Below are positions 36,301 to 51,300 of a stretch of DNA of 64,000 bases, piece by piece; the first letter of the stretch is position 1, and each line of letters opens with the position of its first letter. The stretch lies in NCBI GenBank assembly GCA_903813345.2, contig CAIIXF020000001.1, forward strand, positions 43,028,001-43,092,000, given 5' to 3'. The DNA comes from Owenia fusiformis. Taxonomy: Eukaryota. The position numbers and the translations under genes are program-made. The notes beneath the pieces were generated by a model. That model saw nothing but the letters and a program-made list of their open reading frames with translations. It had not been told where the DNA came from and ran no database searches.

Positions 36301-39300
36301 CTTTGTGATGTTTTTATCGATGGTAGCATATTCCATACATCTTCATAGATATTAATGTGAAATAACAAGCTGCGATAGTGGTTAACACGTCAGAAATGAA
36401 CATAATATTATTCGAAGCGTATTTCAAAATTTTTGAGGAAGCCATTTTGTTTGTCGATTTTGACCAATCAGAGACGTGTCATCACCCCGATTCACATTCG
36501 TGTTACCTTCGGCCAACTTCGTTTGCAATGCAAATCTTCGGCAATCTCTGGTTTTTCTTGAGGTATCTTCGGTTGAATGCCAAAAATCGTCACCCTATTC
36601 ACTAGTTAGTTGTATTTTGATGACACCATTAGTTATGCTTTGATGACATCATGATCATAATGTGCGATGACCCCGCAAGCGCAAGGTTTCAAAACAAGCT
36701 GGATGGTTCTCGAATAACATGCAGTTTCACCAAAGAGCATTGGCAGCCATTATTCAAATTTGATACCCCGTTGCCTGCAGTGGAACAATTTAGTAAAAGT
36801 ATTTCTATAAGGTTCTCTTTGGACCAAGTTTATCGTTGAAAGATGGTCATTACGAATATTTTGGTAGTATTCAAGCTTCCTCAGCAGTTCTAGTCTGATT
36901 TTCCAGAAAGCACTTGCTACCCATGTAAAGATGGTACAATGTTTAATATGTTTTAAGTTTAAGAAAAGTTGACAATGATTTACCTGTCGACTATGCTCAT
37001 ACACAGGTCAACACTAAGTGGGAAACGTCTTCTCTTTGCATTAACACATGAAAAGTTTCCAAACTAGTGGAATGAAATTGACCTCAAGTCACCTAATCAT
37101 GGGTCGCCAAGGGTCACAGCAGCCTCCAAGGTCCTTGAAACGCCAAAAACCTAAATATTGACCTTTGACCTTGAAATGACCTTGAGATGACCTTGACTCA
37201 TAAACCTTGACCTTGACTTAGGGTCACGGAATCATGAGTTGCCAAGGGTCACAGCAGCCCCCTAGGTATTAAAAAGTAAAAACCTAGATACTGACCTTTG
37301 ACCTTGGAATGACATTGACTTCAGTTCACTTAATCATGGGCCACCGAGGTTCACAACAGCCCCAATGACATTAAATCACCAAATATCTAGATATTGACAT
37401 TTGACCTTTGAATGACCTTGATCTTAAAAATGAAAGTGGGGTAAGACGGAACGATCGTTCAAAAGAAGGGATTGAGCATAGATGCCACGATGCTTTTTTA
37501 GTCTGACAAGCTAAAATACAATATTTCCCTCGAGCTAGCCGTCATATCGCCTTTCCTCAAGCCTGCTCTCTTCTTTATTTTCTAGTATTTATCGGGAAGA
37601 TCCCAAGGTGATGACAGCACATGATAGTTCAATAAATCTCATAACTTACAAACAATTTACTCTAGTCAAATAAAGAACACCATGTGAAGCCCAATGTAAT
37701 GGCAGTCTATCGGTGGATGTTTTAGAAGCTAATTAATACTATATAGTTTTTATTGTGATTTAATCTTGAAACTCTCATTTTAGAGGGAATATGGTTATTT
37801 TATGGTATATTATCATATAAAATATTTCTTTGATAATTGTTAGATTGTTTTCAATCAACGATGCAAATTATGGTCTGTAGAGCATTATAATTGCGTATTT
37901 GATATTATCCAACAGGGGATTGCGATACCCGTTCACTCAACTAATGAAGCTAGGTAGACACTCTGCACATTTAAGTGCATAAAGGAATATCAATGAAACA
38001 TCCAATTTTGAGGCACATTCCAATATTCTAAGTGACGTGTATATTGCAGCCTTGAGTATTTCTATTGTTAAATTGGTGAAAATGATCACACGTTTCGCAT
38101 ACAATTTAAATATTATTCACCTATAGCTTAAGTCTCAACTGTCCGTGGGCGATGAAGATGTGACACTACGATTGAAATTGCTTTCGGAACTTTGATATTT
38201 TATGTATATTTGGGCTTATCAAACCTAAACAACCAACTTTTAATTCCAATCCAATAGATCCAAAAGAGTACATTTGAATAAAACCAAGATTTTATCATAC
38301 ATATTGCTCTTAAGAGAGTATAATATATCTCGATGCAATTCCCAAATTAATGCTTAGATGCTTTACCAGACGTTTATTCTCGTTGCCTCCGCCATTAATC
38401 TAACGGAGATCTTCTATATGGAGAGCATAATTCCTGTTTGGTACACTCTGCGTAGATGTATTTCGTGCCTAGCGTATGTCACCAACCAGTCGCACCCACA
38501 CGCGTCCATTTCATGTCGTTTAAAAGTAAAATCCCACAAGGCTATTGATTCCTTTTCAAGAATATTTTTGTTATTGGCCTTAGAAATTGGAAAACTACAA
38601 TTTATCAGGATATTTATTTGGCTTGGTTCTTTCTCCATTTTTATATTTACGGAGCATAATTCGTGATGCTAATACATTTGTTTTGTTCTAACACTATATT
38701 CTAGGGGCTGAACGTAAGCAGTGAAAAGTGTAAAATATATTCGATTGTGGCCGGAATTACTTTAATATTTAGTTCCGCCCACGATTAAAGGACTGCTAAT
38801 TTCCTCACGAAAGATGATCCATTGCAAGTTCCATGGTTAGTAATGTTCAGTTCCAGCAACCCGTCAACTGCAGGATGATGGGGTGATGTGCTAGATACCT
38901 TTAGATACAAATGGTGTCAAGATGAACATGTTTTTGTCCTTAGAACGTATATGATAGAAAATGATAGGTTTGAAATAATTAATTGTACGTTGTTACCAAA
39001 CTAGTGGCGAATTTCGGAATGCAGAGAATCTACATGTAGTACAGGTCAAGATTATGAACCTGTGACAAAACAATCCTATTCCCCAAAACGTTAACTATGT
39101 ACTTTCAAACGAACCCACGTACAACGCTATGAACTATCTAAATATTTAGATTCAACAATATCGTGTTAAAGTAATAGAATTTTGATGTACGTCACACTTA
39201 TTCAGTAGATGGGCAACGTCGATTATGACAGAGGTAATGGAATGGACACAGGGCGAGATAAAAATGAGCAAATTACTTCAATAGTACATTGGTTGAGTTC

Positions 39301-42300
39301 ATTGCCCATGTTAAAGGAAGTAGGCCCTAATCCCATCCAAACTTATTGAGAACCCATTCAATCTAAAGTAAACCAGACAAGAGCTCGATATTATCAATTC
39401 AATTTCATTAAATAAGATGTAGACATTGCTGCATAAGTCACTCAGACATACGCTCTGTCTGATCATGGTTCTGGTTCAGACATTCCAGAGACGATACCAC
39501 ACTCCCGGAATACGCCATTTTACATAAAATTCAATTAAACCATGATAAACCATCTTTAACCAGATTCACATGGGTTCTAGTTAAAGTCAGGCATTCCATG
39601 AAATTACGATCATCGAATGAGTAAAGTAAGTCCCGGTGTAGTTTCAGTCATAAACGGATTGAATATGTCTATTCTTTTAGTCGCGGGAATTCAGTTTCTT
39701 AATGAATCTGATTGAGGTCAAAGTCTGAGACTATCTTCTAAAGCATGTCTTAGAAAGTTAGTCTCGCTTGAGACCATCGACTGCATATCATATTCATACC
39801 CTTGAAAGATTGATACAGACGGTTGCAGCACCCGCTGGGACTTCATTAGGAAATGAAATTATAAATGTTGATGAGTTTTTAAACCTGTTGTTGTATGCTA
39901 TGGTTCAGAGGAAGATCTATCCAAGAGACCTGATAGATTGTGCAATTCTTGTAATGAGAAAACTGAGGCATTGCCCTTGGGGAATTGCAAGAACTGATTG
40001 AGGTCTTTTTGATTTAACATTTTTGATTCTCTCACAATGAACTGACATCCAATTTAGTTTTGCTAACATAGAAAGACGCACGGTTCTGTCAAATGGTAAT
40101 ATCATAAGACTTATGAGGTTGGTCTGCCTCCTGAGGCAATAGTGAGGAAATAAGAATCATCCTGCCTATATATCTTGGTAAGGTCAAACGAACAGAATAT
40201 GGTCAGACTGCGAAAACCTTCCGGTACTAATCTTTTTAGCTAAACCTGAAGTATTCCACAAGTACTGATATAGTAGAGTACTCATAATAAGGGATAACAT
40301 ATATCATGAGGTATGAGTCTCTTTTCCTCAGACTTTTAATTTTGAAAGTCGCTTTTGTATTCTTGTTCAACATGTCTCGCGTCGTGACAACGTCAATATC
40401 TTTGCGCTCTGGATGCCCATTGAGTTCATTAACGAAGGACATGTCGATGTAAGTTCATCAAAATACTTAAATAATTAAGTTGATCATTCTCCAAATCAAT
40501 TCAATGAGTTGGTTGGAAAGTGAAGTTATTTGATTCATTCTGTTACACATAAATTTTATACAAGCCATTGATAATCGCATAATGTAGCAATCCTCGTAGC
40601 TAAAGATGAACAGGAAATTGTACCAGATTGGAAAGCATCTCAGCTTTGATTTTATGCTTATCAGTAATAGTACTGTTATATTCCCAGACATGACAAAAAT
40701 TGCCCACGAGTCTATTAATAGCGCTGACCCACTCTGCATTGGAAATTACAAATCACGTCACTATTAAAGTAATAAGTCTGGAAACGAAGGAAGTTCAACC
40801 TTTTTTCCCCATCAAGTGTTCCATCAATACGACTTGCGAATATTAGGAGAGATGGACAGTATTTGCTTAAGTCGTCGTAATCAATGTTGCCACCCACTCA
40901 TCCACCAGAGAACCTGGTTGCTATCCAGGATAATCTCGATCACAAAACCTCTACAATGAAATACACTGATATACTTTTTTAGTTTTAATGTTTTGTCTCA
41001 AGGCTTTCCCAGTATCGAACAAGAGATCTGAATTGCTTAACTGGTTTTCTCGTTTTATCGGAAAACATAAGCAAATACTGTAAAGTACCGGTGATATAGC
41101 TATCCCCACAGCCCTAAGAGCATTAATTAATTAATAACAGGATCGAATTGAAAATGGATTTACCATGGACTTACAAAAGAGATATATGTAATTAAAATGT
41201 GTCAGACGTGGTTAATGATTCGACATCAAGCATGTTCATAAAATAGCTCCAGACGGCTATCGATTTAATCCACACCAAATTTAATCTCATGCCTGGATTA
41301 GCTCTTTCAGGATATTTATCTCTTGGAATAATCTGATTGTAAACATTATGTAAGATATAATATCAATCGATCAAATTCTTGTCACAGTAATGTTCTCTGC
41401 CAGGAGCACAACTTAACTGAGGATTAGCAATTGTGTTTCCTGAAACTTCAAAATGCGTATCGTTTTAAATGGTTCCACATGGTTTTATGTCCTGTATGTC
41501 CCAGTCATCAGAACATTAAATACACAGTGATGGATTAATAAATGCTAAATGAAGTCTGTTTTATTGTTTATCGGCTATGAATACATGTACGGAATAATCA
41601 TCGCAGTTGTGAGATCAACAGACAGTTGACAAAGGCATTAACATGAATCATTGTTACAAATTATGAATCAATTTTGTGGTACTTAATATTTGGTTCAGTG
41701 GATAGAATCAACCAATCTTTTCACAACCACTGACCTCTTAGCCCATTGAATGAAATCCGACAGGTTTCAATATTACTAGTACTGGCCTCCTGTTGGTTTT
41801 TTAATGAAATTCAACAGCCACCTGGTCTCTTGATGATTGAATGGAATCCGACAGACTTCAATAACTGAGCTCTTAGTGTAAATTTTGACAATGAAATATG
41901 ACAGACTCCATCGACTGACTTCTTGATTCGGGTTCATTGAATGGAATCCGACATACTTCAATAACTGAGCTCTAAGTGTAAATTTTGACAATACAATGAA
42001 ATATGACAGACTCCATCGACTGACTTCTTGACTCGGGTTTATAGAATGGAATCCGACAGACTTCAATAACTGAGCTCTAAGTGTAAATTTTGACAATGAA
42101 ATATGACAGACTCCATCGACTGACTTCTTGATGAAGATTCATTGAATGGAATCCCACAGACTTCAACAACTGAGCTCTTAGTTTTTGTAAATGAAATCTT
42201 CAACGACTCCAACGACTGATGCTGAAGGCCCGCCTGAGAGATCTCGTACAGTGATTGGTCTCGGATTCAATCCTCTATTTATTTCTCTATGGCTGACTCT

Positions 42301-45300
42301 CTGATTGAGGTTCTATTCTTGTATTGCTTCATTAGGTATAATATAGGTGTAAAATGCCACGAGTTGAGAAGGTTCAACTTAATAATGATCAAGCCATAAA
42401 TCTTGAATAACACTTCCATCAAGTTAATAGAGATTGTTTGAGAAAGGAATATTATTCTATAGCATTGGAAATTACCAAGAGGACAATCTTCTTGATGTTT
42501 AATTATATACACAATGTGTCCGACACACGATCTCTTGCTAATAAAGAAAATGCACAACTCGCTATCAGAAAAACAATGGTATGGTCGTTCAATAGTATCA
42601 TTGTTAACTTCGATATGTAAGACATAAGCGATTCGATGTATCAAAGCTGAACACATCAATGTTCTTACGTTTTCCGTTTGATGGTTTGGGGATGTCTTGT
42701 GATGCAAATCAATTAAAAAATAAATGGAAAGACCTGGAACTTCAATAGGTCATGAGAGTACAGAAAACAAAGCGGAGATCAATTCCTTTTAATGGTATCA
42801 CCATTTGAATATAAAGGGGCATGATTTAAAACGAAACATAAACCATACCTCTTTCATAAACACTAATGGAATGTTGATAACAATTTATTCATTTGAAAAG
42901 AATTTCAATTAGCAATTCTGACTATCTTTCCTGGGTATCCTACAAAGTATGGATCAAAGATTCGACGTATGGATGACTCTCATGGTGCTGGAATGTTGGT
43001 AACTAGCTCATTACTTAGTATTGTAACCAACTAATAAAAGCTAATGTCGACGTGAAACAGAACTCCTTAATAATATAACGTAGCTACAAGCCTTTCTGCC
43101 CCCTCACTAGACACCTCCCTGTGTGAGTAGTTCTCATACCTGTGTAGACAAGTAGTTGGTCTAGCTGCACGCCCATGTCACCCCCGCTCTACATACTTCA
43201 TCTCTGGAGGCGAAATCGATGAGGGAGTGTCTCCAGAGACCAAAGGAAAAATGAGACCATGTTGATAGGTTTCATTTCCACTTTATTTTCATGAGGGATG
43301 TACTTCGCAGTGAAGTTCAAGAAGAATATTACATGCAATTAACAAAGAACATTAAAAACACCTTTGGACTTTCATTCCTTTACAATTGCATTTATGCACA
43401 TTCACGAAAATCTAGATGTGTAAGTTCAAGTTCCAAAAGGGGAGATACCAAAGTAATACAAAACCAGTGTAGTACAAAACATAGCATGATGAAGAAATAA
43501 TATCTAAGAGCACATCTAAGTAAAATGAATCACCAATCAAAAAATGATCTGACGCAAAAATAAATTATGTTAAATAAAAATGTTTGACCACCGCATAGTG
43601 ATTTGTTATATGAAAATTCGGAAATAATGTTATACTGTTGATGAGGAAACTAGACTATTATGGAAGGATTATTTACTAGCACTTCAGCTATTTCTAGTGT
43701 TAATCCTTCACCAGTATCACAATGACACTAGAAACCTTCCCACCTGCTTATCTTCCAGACGGAGATCAATAGCTCTCTGAAGTGATACTGTCATAGACAC
43801 AGTTACAAGGTATCATTTGATTAAAATATTTGTCTACAAATTAGGAACTAGATACTCATGCCGGTTCAGCTGTTATTCAATTGAGTCTGTGAGGCCCATA
43901 ATTTGATTAGCTTCGTTCCCGGCTTCGTTACAGTTTAGCTCAAATGAAAATACCCAAAGAAACGGAGCCTATAGTGAATCTATGTGTCCTCAACCATATT
44001 GAGCCCTCGATGCATTTCTTCCTAAAGAACATGAAGGCAAAACACGACACGAATGACGAAAGTGGTATAACCTTCTCAAAACTATTCCTAGTGGTAATAC
44101 TGAGGTGAAATGGTCCTGGACTATCGAATGATTCAAATTGTTAGATCTATTATAGATGTTCTTGATTCTGATTGTGATTCAGGGTCAGTTGCTAGTGAAT
44201 CACACAGACCATCAATCAGTGTGATCGATGTTATCAGTGTAGCCAGCAGCGTGGTTGGACAGTCATCATTTGCGTTGATCAACAAGTATTCAATCAAACT
44301 ATTTGATGAATCAACTGATGATCCCAAGATGATCCTATAGGGTAACATTGTAATAACCGTTCATAATATGGCATCAGTCATTGATATGGCAAATGAGGAT
44401 GTCAATTCCAATTACTCCAATTGACACAGACCCCATTAATTTGACACTCAGCATTCCGTGAGAATTGGGGATTGACGTTTCTATGAAGGTGCCGAGTAAC
44501 ACCAATAACCACAAGTTCCATATTAATTTTCAGGTTCCATTTATGATTTTGGACTCACTACTCTCACTAGTACAGTCTTTACATCCACAAGAAGTGAAGG
44601 AGAGAGGGTAGTCTTGCCTCAAGACTTTTGACCCCCTACTTCTCCAACACAACACACATAGTGTAAAGTAACTAAGGGGTACAGGGTCTTGAAGCAAGGC
44701 TGGAGAGAGGGAGGGGATCCAGAGGCTTGATTTAAGACTGACAAGTCTTTCTTTGTCTGTACAATAAAAAATCATTTTTAGTTTTGGTAAAACCAATACT
44801 GAGACTTTGTAAGAGTAATATGATGTCAAAAATATTACGTGAATCTGGGGAGTCTGTTTATCCTGACTGAGTTATCATGTGTTTGGTATGTTTTAGGGCA
44901 ATTTCCTGCAGTAGCATTGAATTAGTCAGATCAAATGCTGCGTTATCATTGGCAAATTACTTCGATTCAGAACATCTGTTTGTTCCATCTAATTATCTTG
45001 TCAAGTAAGGAGATGTATTTGATTTCCGCAAATCAGGAAAACCCGCCCCGGGTGATGCATAAATCGATAAACTATAAGTGGTGGCAGAGGTGGGATCAAA
45101 ATCCAAGATTTAATGGATATCATGTCTAAGCCTGCGAGTAACATTAGGTTCCACAAGCTGACTTCACATAGGTTCCATATAACGTTGCATCATTCAATTA
45201 TATCATTAAACTAAGCCGCCATCATTGATTATCTGAGGCAACGTTCCATAGTAGGCCTAGTTCTGCTTGATAATTGAAACAATAGAAGATTAATGGCTGA

Positions 45301-48300
45301 TGTTATATAAATGATCTGGGAACTCGAAGTGGAGCACTAAAAATGGCAAAGAAAAACAATAAATTAAACCAACTAATCAATGTGTACGTGGAGATCCCAT
45401 ATTTTTGAAAAAGAAGATTAAGTATGAAAAAGTATGTTAGCTTCAAAAAAATCCTAAATAAAAGATGAACACTCGCCATATCATTAACAACTACTACCTT
45501 AGACCAAAACAGTACTACCATGAGCTCTCTGTTGGGCCCATAGCATTCTGATACTCATGGAAATCTCTCTGTTGCATCGCATCTCCAGAAGGATAGAGAT
45601 GGAGAGGGGGTGGCTTACCACAATGGCCCCATAGTACTTTCATTGTCAGTAGACATAATATTGTAACCTAAAAATCATCCAAAAACAGAATCCTTAACAT
45701 ATCGTAACTTATTGTTGCTGTAGAGAATACACAAGGATAACAACATTACAAAACCAAACGTGAGCTTTAAAAGTATACGTTTATTAGAAATTGTCAACTA
45801 GCAATAAAAATGTATACTATATATATTTATATATTTCCAGGAGTTTGCTATGCAGAATTTGGTGTTAGAGTTCCCAAGACAACAGGTTCAGCCTATATGT
45901 ATTCTTATGTCACGGTTGGTGAATTCGTTGCATTTCTTATTGGTTGGAACATGATCTTGGAATACTTGATTGGCACTGCAGCGGGAGCTAGTGCCTTGAG
46001 CTGGTGTTTTGATTCCCTTGGCAACCACACGATGAGTGAATACCTAATAACTCACGTTGGGACGGTGATTGGTAGGTAACATTAGATGTCATCATATTTG
46101 ACTCTTATTAACCTGTACTTAATTGCTTGTTGAAGACGAAACAATATGATTAAGTAACCATTTAAACACATTGTCCCACGAAGGAGTAAACCTCTTAAAT
46201 GATACCCTTTGCATTCGTTTGACTTCACTTCTTAAAAGAGAGCTTCGTCTTTAACTAGACTCTGCACGCAGGGTAAATGAAGGTTTATAGTCCGAATATC
46301 CTAGATAGTTTTTATTAGTGGGAAATCTACTATCAGTCATCCTATTCGCTCTCTTGAGCAGTTCGTTATAGGGTTATAGGACGCTGTATATGAATCGACA
46401 CACAGCATGTATGACATCCCAAATTTACAAATATGAATTTTCTGTGCTATCATCCTAAAGCACAAGTGAAACGTGGAAGTAATAACCAAATGGTTTCCTC
46501 TTGGGACCCATTAGTCAAATCCAAACATACAAAATGCAATAAAATATATAGGCCCATTAATCAATATTAACGAAACAATGAGAACCGTCTACGGCTGTGC
46601 ATACAATCTACATAGTAACAGTATACCTTAACGTCGTGACAACTAGTTGAGGTTAACTTTCTAAATAATCTCACACTTTTAGAATGTCTTAATTTCATGT
46701 CATGCCTATTTTATAAAAGTCCGATAGTTCTGACTTTTTCAGAATGACGTTCCCCTTTTTAAATATATTGTTATTTGTTGGTAATCATATAAAAAGATTT
46801 AAGGGGGAACTGTTGGCAGATAGGTCCCAACGTCTTTACATTTTACATCCTAAATTCATTTCTGCCACTTTTTTTAACAAAACTTCATGTTTGACATTTA
46901 TTTGTATTGTTTTCATGTCACCACCAAAAAGTGGTGACATATTGTAATGGTCTCTGTTTTTTTGACGGCGGTTGGAATCGGCGTCTGTAAAAAATTCTTA
47001 CAACTTTCAATAACTTTACAAATACTAGTACTGTTTAGTCTGACTTCAATATTTTTCAAAATTATGATTGACTTTATATCTAAGATTTGACCTCCAATGA
47101 CCTTTTCAAGGTAAAAAAGTCATATTTTCAACTTGCTTCAAATTGACCAATTTATTTTTTCAAAATCATCTACAAGTTCTCAGAAATTCAAATCTGACTT
47201 AAGATTGTACTGATAATATTGTGAGCAACTAGGTGGTGACATTTTTTCATGTTAATTAATGCCTTGTTTAATGTTTATGAATCAGCTCATGGGGGTTCGA
47301 AGTTGTGTTTAAATGTAGCCCTTTGGGCTTTTCTTTAACAGTCAACGTCTTCTTCAATAGGAATACATACATTCAGAGAGATAATCGATCTCTATTAGTT
47401 CTAGTATTAAAATAGGGAACAAGATGTTTAATATCATCTGTAAAACAGCAGAATTATTCGGTATTGACTGAACAGACAATTTGTGTAGTCATCTGTGCTC
47501 TACGACACTTGATCGTCGGAGTCGCATTCAAATAACTTCAGCAGACATAAATCTTAATATTCAGTAAGAAAATCCCAACCACCGCTGATATTTAAATAGG
47601 ACACTTCGACATCATGATTCTGTCAGCATATATTCTTATTAAATCTCCACCGTGTTGAAATGTCATTAACGAACCTAATTATTACACGGTGGTAAAACAG
47701 TTTAGATCTATTAATTTTATTACTTTTGTGCATCTAGCATTCAAGTCGAGGTTGGTGATTTGTTGATGAAATGAGAAATACAAATTCTAACGACAGAAAC
47801 GCAATTTAGTACGTACATACTGTAATGTGAACCAAACCCATTTCAATTGTAGATTTCTGATTTTTTCAGGAAAGGCATACCCAGATTTCCTCGGCTGTGG
47901 GATCGCAATAATTGTAACTATAATACTCGCAGTTGGAGTGAAAAAGTCTCTCGCCTTTAACCACGCCCTCAATGCCATCAACCTGATCGTTTGGGTGTTT
48001 ATCATGATCGCTGGCTTCTGTTATGCCAATGGCGAAAATTGGAGCGAACGTGGATTTTTCCCATATGGACTATCTGGTGTAAGTCAGAGTCAACCTGGTA
48101 GTATTGCATCAAAACCAGCGTAAAAGTAATTATGGTCCCCAGGGATTACTCCTTCTATATGGGAATTATTGGCCCCAAATGAGTATAAACTCAAATGAGT
48201 ATAGAATGGAAGATTTTTTTGGGGTCATTCTATAAATCAATGGAGAGGACCATCAATGGAGCATATTCAGACTAATCAACCTAAAATGAAAAATTTGCGG

Positions 48301-51300
48301 GAGGTTTTTAAAATAAATCCGGTAGTTTTTGCGGTAGATTTTTGAAAAGTAATTCTTATCATTTTCATCCCGTTTTCAACGATGTGGCCGATTTATACGT
48401 GAATCTGTGACATTAAGAATATTGTTTAGTTAAATGCAATCGGAAAACAAAACAATGTGACAAATATTATTGAGTATAAGGTTGATGATCGAAATGCTTA
48501 TTTAGATCTACATGAAAGTTGGGCCAGAACAAAACTTACGCTGTATGAGAGTCTGTTTGCTCAGTTTTTACATTACAAAAAATCATACATTTTCCTGGCC
48601 GCGAAACTGAAAGTTTAAGAAAGAAGGGTGACTTCGATAATATAGGTCACAGATTTGTCAGATTCCTAAATAAAATACGGTAGATTATAGCAAAAAATAC
48701 GGGAAATATCAGCAAAAATAGGGAGATTTCAGCAAAAATACCTTAGATTTTACGAAAAAGATTTACGGGAGATTTACTATAAATACGGTTCAAGAGTTTA
48801 CGGGAGTGTTAACGGGAGAAAACGGTACGGGAGTTGTCATTTTTTACGGAAAAACAAAAAAATTACGGGAGATTCCCGTAAAAAACGGGAGGTTGGCAGG
48901 TCTTACAATTGTCCATTTCGAGTCAAATTGCATTTATATATTCACATTATTATACCAGACCGGGATTGCGTAGCCTGGTATCCATCACATATGAGTATTC
49001 ATGTCAATACCCATGCATTTTACACTCCCTCTATAAGTTTGGCAAACGGAATTTCCTTTCCAAATCTCTTCAAGCCTATTATTACGTTTAGTGATTCAAA
49101 AAATATCCCATTCCCTAAATAATTTCGATATCTTATAATCAAGGAATAAAGTTTTAGGTTCAGTAATCGAAAAGGCATTGGCAGGCTTTGATCCGATGAA
49201 AACATACGCTTATGAAGGGGAGTGTACTTTGGCGTCGATGATTTGTTGTGGATGGGAACGATAATATTATCTCTTTTATCTTAAACCCTAACCCTCACCC
49301 TACATTGTAGGTATTTTCCGGTGCAGCAACATGTTTTTACGCCTTCATCGGTTTTGACATCATAGCAACAACGGGGGAAGAAGCTAAAACACCCACCAAG
49401 TCTATCCCTATTGCTATCATGGCCAGTCTTATCATCTGTCTCGTTGCTTACGTCTCTGTGAGTACAATTGTAACGCTAGTCGTACCATACTATGAGATAA
49501 ACGGCCACTCGGCGCTGGAGGACATGTTCGCTATGCGCGGAATGGTCTGGGGACGATATGTGGTGGCTGTTGGGGCAGTTGCTGGCTTGACAGTTAGTCT
49601 CCTAGGATCAATGTTCCCGATGCCAAGAGTAATCTATGCCATGTCTAGAGATGGACTCCTTTTCAAGTTAGTACATTTACAATAAATACTATTACACGTC
49701 GCACGAAACTGGGGACAATTAGCGTAACATTATGGCGTCAAAAAAACAAAACAAAACAATGAGCAGTATAGGGCGCAAACAGCCTTACAACGTCAAAAAC
49801 GACAAGCGTTTAGTCAACCTAAATATAAAATACTTTATCCTTATCTAATCATTACAAAATTTACAGGGTAGCAAGATCTCGAGGACAATATTTCTAAAAT
49901 GTTTTTGAATTTTGAAAAACGGTCAAGAAATCCACTTGGGGCGTTAGTAAAAATTGATACACTCCCCTTCATAAGTTTGGCAACCTTTTTTCCCCATTGA
50001 ACTACGTGTTAAAGCCTCTTTACGTTTGAATTTTTATTTACTTAACCGGCGATGAAATAACTTATAATATTAATGGAAACGTAACTTGACTTTATTTCCA
50101 ATACCTCCAAATTTTCTCAATTTTTTTCCTCAATTACAATAGGTCGAAAATTGATGATAAATTTGATGAATTTTTGAAAATCGTCATTCCCATGTAATCC
50201 AATGGGAAATGGAGGGTTCGGGGCAAATCAGAAAGCAGGATATCTTTTCAGTAAAAGATTCAGCAAAAAATATTTTTATATAGAAAATTGAATTGTCTAA
50301 CTTTTTTGAACACTAAGTGTTTAGTTTATTTGATGAATATTAAAGTTACAGTGCTTCAAAGTCATTTTTGAAAATAATTTTTCGCCTCCTGTGTTATTTC
50401 AATGGGAGAGTTTTTTTTAAAAACAATTTTGACTTTAAAGACCTATAACTTTGTTGAACCTGAAGAAACATATCAATTTTTTGTTAAATAAAGTTAGCAA
50501 ATTCAATTACCTGCATAACTCGTATTTTTTGCAAGGACTTGGATGGATGGATATTCTGTCATATGACTTGCGGCAAACCTACCATTTCCCATTGGTTAAC
50601 ATGGGAATGTCGATTTTCAAAAATTCATCAAATTTATCATCAATTTTCGACCTATTGTAATTGAGGAAAAAAATTGAGAAAATTTGGAGGTATTGGAAAT
50701 AAAGTCAAATTACGTTTCCATCAATATTATAAGTATTTTCATCGCAGGTTAAGTGAATAAAAATTCAAAGGTAAAGAGGCTTTAACACGTAGTTCAATGG
50801 GGGAAAAAAGGTTGCCAAACTTATAGAGGGGAGTGTATGTATGGAATTTGTGGTAAAAAATCGATGCGTCACATTTTTTCAAGTCTCGAAAACCAGCTCT
50901 TATTTTGATATTATTTGCAAAATAAACAAACCGGTTATTGTTTTGTAAATTTCGCCATGACAATATTGTGCAGTTAAATTTTCTTTCAAATCAGACCTAA
51001 ATTAGAAGGTTAAATGAAGGTAAACTTATTGCTCGTCCCATTTGCCTTCAAAACCTTACACAATTTTGAAAATGTTAAAAGCGTTCGTATAAGATAATTT
51101 GAAATGTAGCCGTTAAGCAATTGTGACGTCATAAATGCAAATGTTCCATTGAATACATTGTGAAATTTAAGTGGGATTTTGATCATTATTTCAAAAGTTA
51201 TCTCAATTTCAACGAGCCCTGTAAGCTTAAAGTGTTACGTCTTACAGCGTATTTGACGATGTCGGAATATATTTAACTTTAAAAATGTGTTGGATCCCAT

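Noticed and set aside
42279..44829. Intronic ORFs of 60-142 aa
   Set aside because: No recognisable domains or consistent splice structure; compatible with chance ORFs.
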